Source: a virus (taxonomy: Duplodnaviria > Caudoviricetes). From it: 64,000 bases of DNA. Under the pieces are notes generated by a model. It was not told where the DNA came from, did no database searches, and saw only the letters and a list, made by a program, of their open reading frames with translations. Positions within the stretch are counted from its first letter, which is position 1. Every line of letters begins with the position of its first letter. The position numbers and the translations under genes were made by a program. Of the stretch, positions 55,348 through 64,000 are shown piece after piece. Location: IMG/VR virus record IMGVR_UViG_3300044846_003573. The stretch is one strand, 5' to 3'.

Positions 55348-55493
55348 CACAACAAGAAATCATTTCAAGGATTATTGTATTAGAATCAATTATAACAGAG
55401 GCAGTGTCTAAAGGACACAAAGCACATACACAAGATGAGTTTCAACCATATAGGGAAGAACTTAAAGTATTAAGAAAAAAATTAATGTTATGA
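55344..55493 (+). CDS. small hypothetical protein
   Basis: MTQQEIISRIIVLE..., read by hand; coupled on both sides. Confidence 0.55.
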   Translation: MTQQEIISRIIVLESIITEAVSKGHKAHTQDEFQPYREELKVLRKKLML

Positions 55494-55765
55494 GTAAAGT
55501 AAGAGTTATTGAAGATTTAAGTAAGTATGAAGATTACCTTACCGTTGGTAAACTTAAAAAGTTTTTAGAGGAACACTCCGAACTACCTGATGATGCTTTG
55601 GTTCTAACACAACGAGTGGAAGACAGGTACTATGAGGAAAATGGTTGGGGTGTTGTATTAAAAGGTAGTGTTTGGTATGAGACGGAACAAGAACAATACC
55701 ATCCGGCTTGGTGTTGTGTAAAATATAAGGATGACGATAATCTTTATTTGGATTTACATTATTGA
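55490..55765 (+). CDS. hypothetical protein
   Basis: 91-aa ORF. Confidence 0.7.
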   Translation: MSKVRVIEDLSKYEDYLTVGKLKKFLEEHSELPDDALVLTQRVEDRYYEENGWGVVLKGSVWYETEQEQYHPAWCCVKYKDDDNLYLDLHY

Positions 55766-55766
55766 T

Positions 55767-56108
55767 ATGAAAAAGATTAACGGAGAAGTATTATCAGAGC
55801 ATCCATTTCCAGGTTCTGAGTTTGTTCAGGATATAATTTATTATGATGGGCCAATCCTATCATTGTATAAGTTTGAAGATAGATTGTTCTTGTGGTATTG
55901 GATGGACACCAACGAAATAATGAACCGATGGGGTGTTATTGAAACCACAATGGATAGATTACAAACATGGAAAGAAAAAGATTATGTTTGGGAATTTGTT
56001 GAAGATTGTGTTTTGAATGACCAAGTTTATTTCATAAATTTGGACACTGAAAAGAAGTTTGTTGTTGGGTGGAAGTGTGATGTTAAAGAGTTAGTTAACT
56101 ACGATTAA
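55767..56108 (+). CDS. hypothetical protein
   Basis: IIYYDGPILSL..YLWYW-like pattern. Confidence 0.7.
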   Translation: MKKINGEVLSEHPFPGSEFVQDIIYYDGPILSLYKFEDRLFLWYWMDTNEIMNRWGVIETTMDRLQTWKEKDYVWEFVEDCVLNDQVYFINLDTEKKFVVGWKCDVKELVNYD

Positions 56109-56127
56109 TAATTAAATAAATAAATAT

Positions 56128-56526
56128 ATGTTAAAAAAATCAGTTATTTTACCAGTCCTTGCGTCTGTTGTTCTTGTATTATTCTTATCATCATTTGGAC
56201 TTATGATATCCAAGATGTTGTATCAAGAAACCCCTGTTAGTAAAGAAACACCTAAGTTTGAAGCACCATCTTGTGAAGATGAATGTGATGAAGATGAGGA
56301 CAAAATTGAATTTCAAACATTGGATACCTGTTTGAGTAGTGAAGAGATGTATCCAGCGGTAGTCGTTGATATTCAAATTGACGAGTATTACGGTAAAGGA
56401 AAATACTATGCGGTTACTACACAAAATGGTATTCTTTATTATACTAAAAAGAAACCAAAAATTGGTGATACTGCTATGTTCGTGGATGATAACCACAACA
56501 TCATCAATTGTGATATGAATAAATAA
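56128..56526 (+). CDS. membrane-anchored hypothetical protein
   Basis: N-terminal TM helix. Confidence 0.7.
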   Translation: MLKKSVILPVLASVVLVLFLSSFGLMISKMLYQETPVSKETPKFEAPSCEDECDEDEDKIEFQTLDTCLSSEEMYPAVVVDIQIDEYYGKGKYYAVTTQNGILYYTKKKPKIGDTAMFVDDNHNIINCDMNK

Positions 56527-56534
56527 TAAGGATT

Positions 56535-56741
56535 ATGGATAATTGTTTTGAGGTTAAGAAAATTGCTTACGAAATTACAACAGCTCTAAAATATTTTGAG
56601 AAAGAAAGAACTGGATTTGAAAGTTGTAGTTTAACGGTTCTACCTGAGGTGGAACAATCAAATGATGAAATCATAATCCCTGTTATTACAAAAAATAATA
56701 AACAAATAAAAATATCTATATCAGTAAATGAAACTGTTTGA
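56535..56741 (+). CDS. hypothetical protein
   Basis: 68-aa ORF. Confidence 0.6.
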   Translation: MDNCFEVKKIAYEITTALKYFEKERTGFESCSLTVLPEVEQSNDEIIIPVITKNNKQIKISISVNETV

Positions 56742-57048
56742 TGTAAAATTAGGAAAATGTATTGTGGGGTTTTATTATAAAACTCTATGGACGGATAATA
56801 CTTTGAAGCAAAGTAATTATCGTCATGTTGGTGTCTTTACCTCAAGACACTTGGCTTATGTGTGGTATAAAGATGAAAAGACTGGTGAGAAGAAACGAGA
56901 GTCAACCTATAACTTTGGTTTGGACTTGGTTGTGGCTCGTCTTTGGATATCGTTTAACTTCAACAAGAAGAAAGGAGCTAAACCAAAAGAAGACAAACGA
57001 AAATTCGTTGAACCACTTTCAACTGAAGAAGTTGTTTGGGAACAATGA
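56728..57048 (+). CDS. hypothetical protein
   Basis: 106-aa ORF. Confidence 0.65.
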   Translation: MKLFDVKLGKCIVGFYYKTLWTDNTLKQSNYRHVGVFTSRHLAYVWYKDEKTGEKKRESTYNFGLDLVVARLWISFNFNKKKGAKPKEDKRKFVEPLSTEEVVWEQ

Positions 57049-57272
57049 AAAAGTATATCCACGTCAATCAACACAAGATAAGGTCCAACAAGAAGAATAA
57101 CGAGTTAGAACCTGTTATAACCATTAAAGAAGGTAAAAAGAACACCTATTGTTCCGAGGTTGAAATCTTGGGACCTAGTCGTGTTGTGTATGGTGGTAAT
57201 GAAAAGACATTGTTGTCCTGTGGGGCACGTGTGATAATTGAAACTGAATCGGAAATTAATATCATAAGATAA
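57045..57272 (+). CDS. conserved phage hypothetical protein
   Basis: MKKYIHVNQHKIRSN..EPVITIK..EILGPS..LSCGARV. Confidence 0.75.
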   Translation: MKKYIHVNQHKIRSNKKNNELEPVITIKEGKKNTYCSEVEILGPSRVVYGGNEKTLLSCGARVIIETESEINIIR

Positions 57273-57625
57273 TGGCAACACTTGAATCACAATATTGGAA
57301 GTTTTTGGAAGATAACCCTGGCTCAACTCTAACATTTGAAGAGTGGAATGTTGAGTTAGGTAAACGAATTAAAATGGGTTTTGAAAACAGGAAAAATAAT
57401 TTAGATGAACAACTTGAAGAGTTTGAAATGGTTCGTTATAGAATGGAGGCTGAAGGTTTCCATTACTGTTTCAAACATTACTCATCATTCAAAGAAGTTA
57501 AGGATGAAAAGTTTCACGAATTAAGAAATAAATATTTGGAGATATCTCACGAACTTGAGGAATATGTCCATTCAAAGATTAGCACATTGAGAGATGAAAT
57601 TGATGGATTGGAAGAAATCATTTAA
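57272..57625 (+). CDS. hypothetical protein
   Basis: EAEGFHYCFKHYSSF..DEKFHELR. Confidence 0.7.
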   Translation: MATLESQYWKFLEDNPGSTLTFEEWNVELGKRIKMGFENRKNNLDEQLEEFEMVRYRMEAEGFHYCFKHYSSFKEVKDEKFHELRNKYLEISHELEEYVHSKISTLRDEIDGLEEII

Positions 57626-57638
57626 ATAAGTAACTGAT

Positions 57639-57809
57639 ATGAGAAGTAAAACGTTAGACAGAATCCTTAAAGAAATGGAGAACGACACTTGGCATGTTAA
57701 GTTAAGAAGGTGGTGGAGAGTGAGATTGTGGGTATGGACTTGTAGAACAAGATGGATTTGGGATTTAGAATATGAACGTAATATCTTTAGAAATAAGAAA
57801 AACAAATAA
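57639..57809 (+). CDS. small Trp/Arg-rich protein
   Basis: MRSKTLDRILKEME..KLRRWWRVRLWVW, read by hand. Confidence 0.6.
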   Translation: MRSKTLDRILKEMENDTWHVKLRRWWRVRLWVWTCRTRWIWDLEYERNIFRNKKNK

Positions 57810-57916
57810 AGTTACAGTTTTGGGTGTTGTTGAATTAAATACGTAAAAATACGTATTGGGGGATTATGGAATTAGTTATATATTTGTAAAAGAAATAAAA
57901 ACAAAACTAAACAACT

Positions 57917-58063
57917 ATGTTAGACACAATGATTTATATTTTATTATTCATGCTGGTAGTAATCTTTCCAGTGTCCTTTGTATTATACGTTGCTGTATGG
58001 ACTCCTAAACAGAAGATGAAAGGTCATGCAGGTAGAGGTAAATGTAAATGTTGTAATAACTAA
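57917..58063 (+). CDS. cassette 1: 48-aa membrane protein with C-terminal CxCC
   Basis: MLDTMIYILLFMLVVIFPVSFVLYVAVWTPKQKMKGHAGRGKCKCCNN*. Confidence 0.6.
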   Translation: MLDTMIYILLFMLVVIFPVSFVLYVAVWTPKQKMKGHAGRGKCKCCNN

Positions 58064-58076
58064 AAAATAAATAACT

Positions 58077-58187
58077 ATGGACAGAAGAGAAGGAATGCCT
58101 GTAGAAGCATTAGGACAAATACTATTTGTTATACTCACAATTTGGGGAATAGCTTATGGAGTGTCTTGGCTAATTGAATTAATCTAA
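58077..58187 (+). CDS. cassette 2: 36-aa membrane peptide
   Basis: MDRREGMPVEALGQILFVILTIWGIAYGVSWLIELI*. Confidence 0.6.
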   Translation: MDRREGMPVEALGQILFVILTIWGIAYGVSWLIELI

Positions 58188-58199
58188 AACTAAATAACT

Positions 58200-58301
58200 A
58201 TGGAAAACACCGATTTAAATTCTCAAAGAATTATTCAAGCATTGCGTCAACCAACAAACGAAATTGTTGAAAGCATTTTAATTTCACTAATTACTAAATA
58301 A
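58200..58301 (+). CDS. cassette 3: 33-aa peptide
   Basis: MENTDLNSQRIIQALRQPTNEIVESILISLITK*. Confidence 0.55.
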   Translation: MENTDLNSQRIIQALRQPTNEIVESILISLITK

Positions 58302-58303
58302 CT

Positions 58304-58909
58304 ATGAAAAAACTATTTGTACTAGCTATGGTAAGCCTTTTATGTTTACCTGTATTTTCTCAAACTTCTAACTATTACATTGAAATAGTTAACAATGACT
58401 TTAACAACGATAGTTGTGGAATTATAAATATGAGTATTGACCCTGCTGCTAATTATACAGCTTGTGGTGTAGTAGTAAATGGGGTTGGTATTAAAAAAAG
58501 TGTAACATACCCTTTTACTATGACTGCTAATCACATATTCAATTTTACTCTACATTTTGAAACTACTTGTGGATGTGTCTATGATTTTATAATCTCAGAT
58601 ACAGTAACGTTTGTACCAAATACCACATATGCAAGAGTAATTTTTGCTGATGGGGATGATTGCAATGACTCAAGTACTTTTGTTCTAGGGACAGATGAAT
58701 TAGAAATTACTACGGTTTTAACAATTTATCCTAGCCCAGCAACTGAACAGATAACTTTAAGTAGAATAGGTGATGTGTTAATATATTCATCTAATGGAAA
58801 GTTAGTTAAAAATGTTAGGAATGAGAAAATAATTGATGTTAGTGATTTACCAAGTGGGTTATATCTTGGATTCATTAATGGGAAGAAGTTTAATTTTATT
58901 AAAAAGTAA
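58304..58909 (+). CDS. cassette 4: secreted protein with T9SS type A sorting domain
   Basis: Signal peptide (LPVFSQ); LTIYPSPATEQI..IYSSNGKLV..IDVSDLPSGLYL..FNFIKK. Confidence 0.88.
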   Translation: MKKLFVLAMVSLLCLPVFSQTSNYYIEIVNNDFNNDSCGIINMSIDPAANYTACGVVVNGVGIKKSVTYPFTMTANHIFNFTLHFETTCGCVYDFIISDTVTFVPNTTYARVIFADGDDCNDSSTFVLGTDELEITTVLTIYPSPATEQITLSRIGDVLIYSSNGKLVKNVRNEKIIDVSDLPSGLYLGFINGKKFNFIKK

Positions 58910-58915
58910 ATAATT

Positions 58916-59068
58916 ATGGAAAAGAAAAAAACACTTGAAGATGCTCTTAAAAATTATGTGCAAGGTAAAGACACCGTTGCTAAAAATATACCTGTTTATT
59001 CTGAAAATGGGGAGAAACTATACTTTAATGAGCAAGGCTATTTAATCAAATTGTATCATGAAAACTAA
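58916..59068 (+). CDS. cassette 5: 50-aa protein
   Basis: MEKKKTLEDALKNYVQGK..YHEN*. Confidence 0.6.
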   Translation: MEKKKTLEDALKNYVQGKDTVAKNIPVYSENGEKLYFNEQGYLIKLYHEN

Positions 59069-59074
59069 ATAACT

Positions 59075-59335
59075 ATGGAAAAGAAACAAACTGCGGTTGA
59101 ATGGTTGGTGGAACAACTCGATAAACTTGAATATGAGTATGATGTTGAAGGAATAAGCATATTAGATTTCGATAAAAGAAAAATAGAAATTGAAAACCAA
59201 GCCAAGCAAATGATGAAGGAGCAGATGAAAGATGTGTATCTAACTCACTGTGTTAAATCAGAGCGTTTGAGAAAAATCTTTGAGCAACAATTTGATGATT
59301 TTTACAACGAAACTTACGGACAAACTAAAAACTAA
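59075..59335 (+). CDS. cassette 6: TAVEWL-family small protein
   Basis: MEKKQTAVEWLVEQL..QAKQMMKEQ..FYNETYGQTKN. Confidence 0.75.
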   Translation: MEKKQTAVEWLVEQLDKLEYEYDVEGISILDFDKRKIEIENQAKQMMKEQMKDVYLTHCVKSERLRKIFEQQFDDFYNETYGQTKN

Positions 59336-59341
59336 ATAACT

Positions 59342-59587
59342 ATGGAAAAGAAAGAAACTGCGGTTGAATATCTTGTAGAGCAATTATTTAAAATACACAA
59401 CAATACTACTGATGTTAAAGAAATGAATAGCAAAAGTATTATTGAACAAGCCAAGCAAATGGAGAAGGAGCAACACGAAGAAACTTGGTTTAGTAGTAGA
59501 GATGAAGATATGGGTGATGAATTTAAGGTGGAGCAAAAGTCATTTGAGGACTACTACAACGAAACTTATGGAGAAACTAAAAACTAA
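59342..59587 (+). CDS. cassette 7: TAVEWL-family paralog
   Basis: MEKKETAVEYLVEQL..QAKQMEKEQ..YYNETYGETKN. Confidence 0.75.
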   Translation: MEKKETAVEYLVEQLFKIHNNTTDVKEMNSKSIIEQAKQMEKEQHEETWFSSRDEDMGDEFKVEQKSFEDYYNETYGETKN

Positions 59588-59593
59588 ATAACT

Positions 59594-59794
59594 ATGGAAA
59601 ACCTCACAGTTTATTCTACAAATGGTAATCTTATTGAACATTCAAAACCTATCGTTACTATTGAGACGGAAGTAGAAATTGCAGGGCAAGGAGAACTACC
59701 AATTAAAATAATTGCAGATTTTACAGATATTCCTGAGCATAAGCATGAGCTGTTTTTTCAAGCATTCAAAATGATGTATAATATTAAATTTTAA
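59594..59794 (+). CDS. cassette 8: hypothetical protein
   Basis: 66-aa ORF between repeats. Confidence 0.65.
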   Translation: MENLTVYSTNGNLIEHSKPIVTIETEVEIAGQGELPIKIIADFTDIPEHKHELFFQAFKMMYNIKF

Positions 59795-59805
59795 ACTAAA
59801 AAACT

Positions 59806-60408
59806 ATGAAAAAACTATTTGTATTAGCTGTAGCAAGTCTTTTATGGCTTCCCGTATTTTCTCAAACAACATATTACATTAATATTGTTAATAGTGACTT
59901 CAACAATGATAGTTGTGGAATCATTAACACCACAATTGACCCTCCTGGGGATTGGATAGCATGTGGTGTATTAGTAAATGGGGTTGTGTTTCAAAAAAGT
60001 GTAACCTATTCGTATAACGTAACATCTGACCATATATTTAATTCTACTTTACACATTGAAACCACTTGTGGATGTGTCTATGATTTTACAATCACCGATA
60101 CTGTGTTATTCGCATTGTTAAATAGCCATTATACTAGAATAATTTTCATTGATGGAAATGATTGCACTGATTATGGTACAATTGTTTTAGGTGTGGATGA
60201 ATTAACTAGTGATGCTTTAACAGTTTATCCAAATCCAGCAAATAGTCAAATAACTTTAAGTAAGATAGGTGATGTGTTAATATATTCATCTAATGGACGG
60301 TTGATTAAGACTATTAAAAATAAGAAGGTAATTGATGTTAGTGATTTACCAAGTGGGTTATATCTTGGGTTCATTAATGGAGAGAAGTTTAACTTTATTA
60401 AAAACTAA
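59806..60408 (+). CDS. cassette 9: secreted T9SS type A protein, paralog of 58304-58909
   Basis: Near-identical signal peptide and C-terminal domain, with a diverged middle. Confidence 0.88.
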   Translation: MKKLFVLAVASLLWLPVFSQTTYYINIVNSDFNNDSCGIINTTIDPPGDWIACGVLVNGVVFQKSVTYSYNVTSDHIFNSTLHIETTCGCVYDFTITDTVLFALLNSHYTRIIFIDGNDCTDYGTIVLGVDELTSDALTVYPNPANSQITLSKIGDVLIYSSNGRLIKTIKNKKVIDVSDLPSGLYLGFINGEKFNFIKN

Positions 60409-60414
60409 ATAACT

Positions 60415-60513
60415 ATGAATATTAAAAGAAAGATTTTAACATCAATTTTTAATTGGTTGGGAAAAAGATGGGATGACTATAATGAATCATTCAAAAACGG
60501 ATTTAATTATTAA
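60415..60513 (+). CDS. cassette 10: 32-aa peptide
   Basis: MNIKRKILTSIFNWLGKRWDDYNESFKNGFNY*. Confidence 0.55.
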   Translation: MNIKRKILTSIFNWLGKRWDDYNESFKNGFNY

Positions 60514-60518
60514 AAATT

Positions 60519-60809
60519 ATGAATAACGAAATTGAAATAAAACCAGTATCCGAAATGGAAGCTGACACAAGACGACTTTGTGAAATACGATTTGATTGTA
60601 TGGTAACAATGCATGATGCTGCGTTTAAAAAGTATAAGGGAATGTGGGGTCAAGAAAACCAATCAAAGAAACCACAATGGTTTAAGTCCAACACTACTCT
60701 CACATTAGAGTTTATTAAAGATGCTGAACCTCAACTTATAGGTGAGCACATCAAACAAATGTTTCATCAATTAGAACAAACAATAGAACAATATGAATCT
60801 GTCAGATAA
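60519..60809 (+). CDS. hypothetical protein
   Basis: 96-aa ORF. Confidence 0.7.
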   Translation: MNNEIEIKPVSEMEADTRRLCEIRFDCMVTMHDAAFKKYKGMWGQENQSKKPQWFKSNTTLTLEFIKDAEPQLIGEHIKQMFHQLEQTIEQYESVR

Positions 60810-61623
60810 ATACTATTTACAGAACATTCAAAAAATTATGTCAGAAGGTTCTTGGGATGAAAATCCTAGACCAAAATATTATGATGGAGTGACGGCTCAT
60901 TCAAAATTCATCACAGGAGTTTTTGAAGAGTATGATATCTCAAAAGGAGAGTTCCCAATACCAACATTAAGAAATACTGCAATAAAAACAGGTATTAAAG
61001 AAATATTATGGATTTATCAAAAACAAACTTCATCATTACGAGTTGCTCGTGAAATGGGAATTAATTGGTGGGAAGATTGGAACGTAGGTGATGATACTAT
61101 TGGTCAGAGATATGGAGCAACTATTGGTAGATATAATTTAATTGATAGATTATTAAAGGGTTTGATTGACGACCCATTTGGAAGAAGACATATAATCAAT
61201 ATGTTCCAATATCACGATTTGTTTGAAACAAATGGATTATACCCTTGTGCTTATGAAACATTGTGGTCAGTTAGAAAAGGTGACGATGGATTGATACTTG
61301 ATATGACATTGATTCAGAGAAGTAATGATTTTATTACCGCTGGTTATATTAACAAAATACAATACACCGCACTTTTAATGATGGTTGCAGGTCATTGTAA
61401 CTATAAAGTTGGTAAGTTTTGTCATTTAGTTCAGAACCTACACATATATGATAGACATTTTGATGCGGTTGCCGAATTATTAAACAAGGAGCCGTTAGAC
61501 ATCCAACCAAAAATAATTTTGAAAGAAAACAAAAACTTTTATGATTATACAATTGATGATTTTGAAATTGTTGGAATTGAAGGTATTACCAAAATAAATT
61601 CAAAATTAGAGTTAGCAATTTAA
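60793..61623 (+). CDS. thyA: thymidylate synthase
   Basis: GQRYG, RRHII, LYPCAY (catalytic Cys), QRSND, NLHIYDRH. Confidence 0.95.
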   Translation: MNLSDKYYLQNIQKIMSEGSWDENPRPKYYDGVTAHSKFITGVFEEYDISKGEFPIPTLRNTAIKTGIKEILWIYQKQTSSLRVAREMGINWWEDWNVGDDTIGQRYGATIGRYNLIDRLLKGLIDDPFGRRHIINMFQYHDLFETNGLYPCAYETLWSVRKGDDGLILDMTLIQRSNDFITAGYINKIQYTALLMMVAGHCNYKVGKFCHLVQNLHIYDRHFDAVAELLNKEPLDIQPKIILKENKNFYDYTIDDFEIVGIEGITKINSKLELAI

Positions 61624-61667
61624 GATTTCCGTTGGTTTCCATATATTTATATAATATACGGAAACCT

Positions 61668-62492
61668 ATGGATTATTTAAAAATTTACAATAGTTTAGTT
61701 GAGAAAGGAAAAAACAGAAAACTAACAGGTTACACTGAAACTCATCATATTATTCCTAAATGTGTCGGTGGGACTAACGATAAATGGAATTTAGTTAAAC
61801 TAACGGCGAGAGAACATTTTATATGTCACTTATTATTATGTGAAATTTACCCCGAAAATATGAAATTAAGATTCGCATTATGGAATATGTGTAATGTTAA
61901 AAGAAACTATCAAAATAGATTTAAAGTTAACTCAAGATTATATGATTTAATTAGGAAAGAGTATTCAATAAATGTTTCAGGTGTTAACAATCCTAGATTT
62001 GGTAAAAAATTAACAGATGAACAAAAAAATCAAATCAGTTTGTCAAGGATTGGTAAATATGGAGGTGAAAAAAATTCATTTTACGGTAAAAAACATAGTG
62101 AAAGAACTAAAGAAATATTAAGAAAAAAAAGTTCAGAAAAAAAACATACCGAAGAAGCTAAAGAAAAAATGTCAATCTCACATAAACATAAATTATGGTA
62201 TTTTAATGACAATGGAAAACATTTACGAACATTCCCTGATGACCCAAGAATAATTAATGAAGGGTGGAAAAAAGGTAGAATTGGTGGTAAAGAACTATCA
62301 AGATTGGCGAATGAAAAAAGAAAAGAAAAATACTCAATTATTGAACCCCCAAAACCAAATTCAAAAAAGTGTGTCGTTGATGATTTGACTTTTGACTCAG
62401 CGGTTGAAGCTGCGAAACACTTTAATATCCCAGATAGTACTGTTAGAGACAGAATTAGAAATAAAAACTTCCCAAATTGGAGATGGGTTTGA
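61668..62492 (+). CDS. HNH homing endonuclease with NUMOD3-like repeats
   Basis: ETHHIIPKCVGGTNDKWNLVKLTAREHFICHLLL; NSFYGKKHSE; located directly after thyA. Confidence 0.92.
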   Translation: MDYLKIYNSLVEKGKNRKLTGYTETHHIIPKCVGGTNDKWNLVKLTAREHFICHLLLCEIYPENMKLRFALWNMCNVKRNYQNRFKVNSRLYDLIRKEYSINVSGVNNPRFGKKLTDEQKNQISLSRIGKYGGEKNSFYGKKHSERTKEILRKKSSEKKHTEEAKEKMSISHKHKLWYFNDNGKHLRTFPDDPRIINEGWKKGRIGGKELSRLANEKRKEKYSIIEPPKPNSKKCVVDDLTFDSAVEAAKHFNIPDSTVRDRIRNKNFPNWRWV

Positions 62493-62523
62493 CAATTACA
62501 AATATAAAGATTAAGATTAACCT

Positions 62524-62679
62524 ATGACCGCAACGTTAGAACCTGTAACTCATATTAACACATCAGATGTTTTATATGATACAAAAATGAAACATCTATG
62601 TGTTTATCCACAAGGTGTAGAGACCTTTGACGAGGAGTATATTAAAAATAATTGTTTAAAGATTGTAATCACAGAATAA
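62524..62679 (+). CDS. small hypothetical protein
   Basis: MTATLEPVTHINTSDVLYDTK..., read by hand. Confidence 0.55.
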   Translation: MTATLEPVTHINTSDVLYDTKMKHLCVYPQGVETFDEEYIKNNCLKIVITE

Positions 62680-62680
62680 T

Positions 62681-62875
62681 ATGGACAATTTCACACATAT
62701 ATTAAATCGTATTAAAACCCAATTGGATGAAGTTAATTACGATAACGGAGATATGTCTGATATCGGAAATGAGATTGGTATTGTGTTGGGTGATGTTATC
62801 ACAACTGAAAGTGAATTACAAGATTTTATTACAGGAATAAGACACGGAATGTCATTAACAAATGGAACACACTGA
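62681..62875 (+). CDS. hypothetical protein
   Basis: 64-aa ORF. Confidence 0.65.
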   Translation: MDNFTHILNRIKTQLDEVNYDNGDMSDIGNEIGIVLGDVITTESELQDFITGIRHGMSLTNGTH

Positions 62876-63329
62876 TGATTTATGGTGTCAGTACTCTGAT
62901 TTACCAAGCGTAATGTCTTACGATATGCCAAAAGAAAAGAAATACCCCGATAATGTTGTATGGAGTGAAGAACGTGGATACTACGCTCACCTGTTACCAT
63001 ACGCAACAAATGTCGGAGCACCTGTCATCATACCTGATAATGTATCAACATGGAAGAACGAAAAGATATTAAAGACAAACCATTACTTCCAAAAGAAATA
63101 TCAAGAAATCAAAGAACAATACGACGAATTACTCAAAGAGTTTGAATGGAATAGTGTTGTCTATGGTTCACATTATAACTTTCAACCAATAATTGGTGAA
63201 ACATATTACCTATATCGTAGACAAGATGGTGAATTATTCTTATCAATTATTAAACCAACAGAATGGAAACAAGAATATGTTGGTGAGTTTGAGTTGGACT
63301 CAGAAAATAAATGGATTAAAAAAGATTAG
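62862..63329 (+). CDS. DUF2452-like protein
   Basis: YNFQPIIGETYYLY..LFLSIIKPTEW..GEFELDSE..W. Confidence 0.75.
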   Translation: MEHTDDLWCQYSDLPSVMSYDMPKEKKYPDNVVWSEERGYYAHLLPYATNVGAPVIIPDNVSTWKNEKILKTNHYFQKKYQEIKEQYDELLKEFEWNSVVYGSHYNFQPIIGETYYLYRRQDGELFLSIIKPTEWKQEYVGEFELDSENKWIKKD

Positions 63330-64000
63330 ATGAAAGGAATTATTTTAGCGGGTGGTTCAGGAACAAGACTACACCCTTTAACTATTTCAGTAACAAAACA
63401 ATTGTTACCAATTTACGATAAGCCGATGATATACTATCCCTTATCAACCCTGATGTCTTTGGGTATTAAAGATATATTAATCATCTGTACACCAAATGAT
63501 AAACATCTATTTGAACAACTATTAGGTGACGGCATTCAGTTTGGTATTAACTTAACATATAGAATACAACCATCACCTGATGGACTAGCACAAGCGTTTA
63601 TTATAGGTGAAGACTTCATCGGTGATGATAGTGTTGCGTTGGTTCTTGGTGATAATATATTCTCAGGATTAGATATTAAGAAGATAAAGAAATCAATTAA
63701 GAACATCTATGGTTCAATGATATTTGCATATCATGTTCATGACCCTGAAAGATATGGCGTAGTTGAGTTTGATGAGGAATGTAATGTAGTAAGTTTGGAT
63801 GAGAAACCAACACTTCCAAAATCAAATTATGCGGTACCAGGCTTATACTTCTACGACAATAATGTGATACAGATTGCCAAGAAGATTAAACCATCTTGGA
63901 GAGGTGAACTTGAGATTACTGATGTGAACCGAGATTATCTTGATAGAAATATGTTAAAGGTTCATATCCTTGAAAGAGGAACTGCATGGTTGGATACAGG
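63330..64000 (+). CDS. rfbA: glucose-1-phosphate thymidylyltransferase (truncated by the window end)
   Basis: [78 protein letters not shown]; absent from the supplied ORF track. Confidence 0.96.
   Translation, partial: MKGIILAGGSGTRLHPLTISVTKQLLPIYDKPMIYYPLSTLMSLGIKDILIICTPNDKHLFEQLLGDGIQFGINLTYRIQPSPDGLAQAFIIGEDFIGDDSVALVLGDNIFSGLDIKKIKKSIKNIYGSMIFAYHVHDPERYGVVEFDEECNVVSLDEKPTLPKSNYAVPGLYFYDNNVIQIAKKIKPSWRGELEITDVNRDYLDRNMLKVHILERGTAWLDT

Larger units (their letters stand above)
57903..60417 (+). repeat. array of ten 17-nt junction repeats AAAACTAAATAACTATG separating short gene cassettes
   Basis: Exact at 58186, 59061, 59328, 59580 and 60401; 1-2 mismatches at 57903, 58063, 58290, 58902 and 59792. 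Each copy ends in the next ATG. Confidence 0.85.

Noticed and set aside
57903-60417. CRISPR array interpretation of the 17-nt repeats
   Set aside because: The spacers are 100-600 bp whole ORFs of unequal length, the repeat is short and non-palindromic, and no cas genes are present.
487-63021. Numerous short overlapping or antisense ORFs (for example 487-732, 4051-4260, 39730-40167, 40518-41060, 44112-44540, 52251-52571, 62737-63021)
   Set aside because: They are shadow frames of well-supported genes on the other strand or in another frame.
1-64000. Alternative genetic code (stop-codon recoding)
   Set aside because: Known genes (dnaK, clpP, thyA, rfbB) are full length in code 11, all three stop codons terminate genes, and no suppressor tRNA (CTA/TTA/TCA) was found.

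Overview
This is an AT-rich, gene-dense segment of a large (jumbo/huge) tailed-phage genome. The host is almost certainly in Bacteroidota: TTG/TTTG-N~20-TAnnTTTG promoters recur, there are no Shine-Dalgarno sites, and four genes encode proteins with type IX secretion (T9SS) sorting domains. The standard genetic code is used and no CRISPR array was found. Conventional content: thioredoxin, glutaredoxin, DNA methyltransferase, DHH phosphoesterase, Nudix, GH19 endolysin, rfbA/rfbB, ClpP, DnaK, methylglyoxal synthase, an RNA-repair set (Rnl1-like ligase, PNK-like kinase, phosphoesterases), thymidylate synthase, six free-standing homing-endonuclease-like genes, and about 24 tRNA genes covering all 20 amino acids. 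Most unusual elements: (1) a phage two-component signalling operon with two histidine kinases (one with a PAS domain), a CheY-like regulator and holin-like membrane proteins (41.3-46.9 kb); (2) an array of short gene cassettes joined by a 17-nt repeat that contains stop and start codons (57.9-60.5 kb); (3) a family of anticodon-less tRNA mimics sharing one acceptor stem (24.1-25.3 kb and 28.7 kb); (4) a ~900-nt ornate non-coding RNA behind tandem promoters and a boxA (9.85-10.76 kb); (5) a leader-peptide attenuator heading the tRNA operon (20.07-20.24 kb); (6) a TATTTAT-promoter regulon whose proteins share an N-terminal I/L-x-E motif resembling a capsid-targeting signal. All family assignments come from motif recognition by eye; no database search was run.
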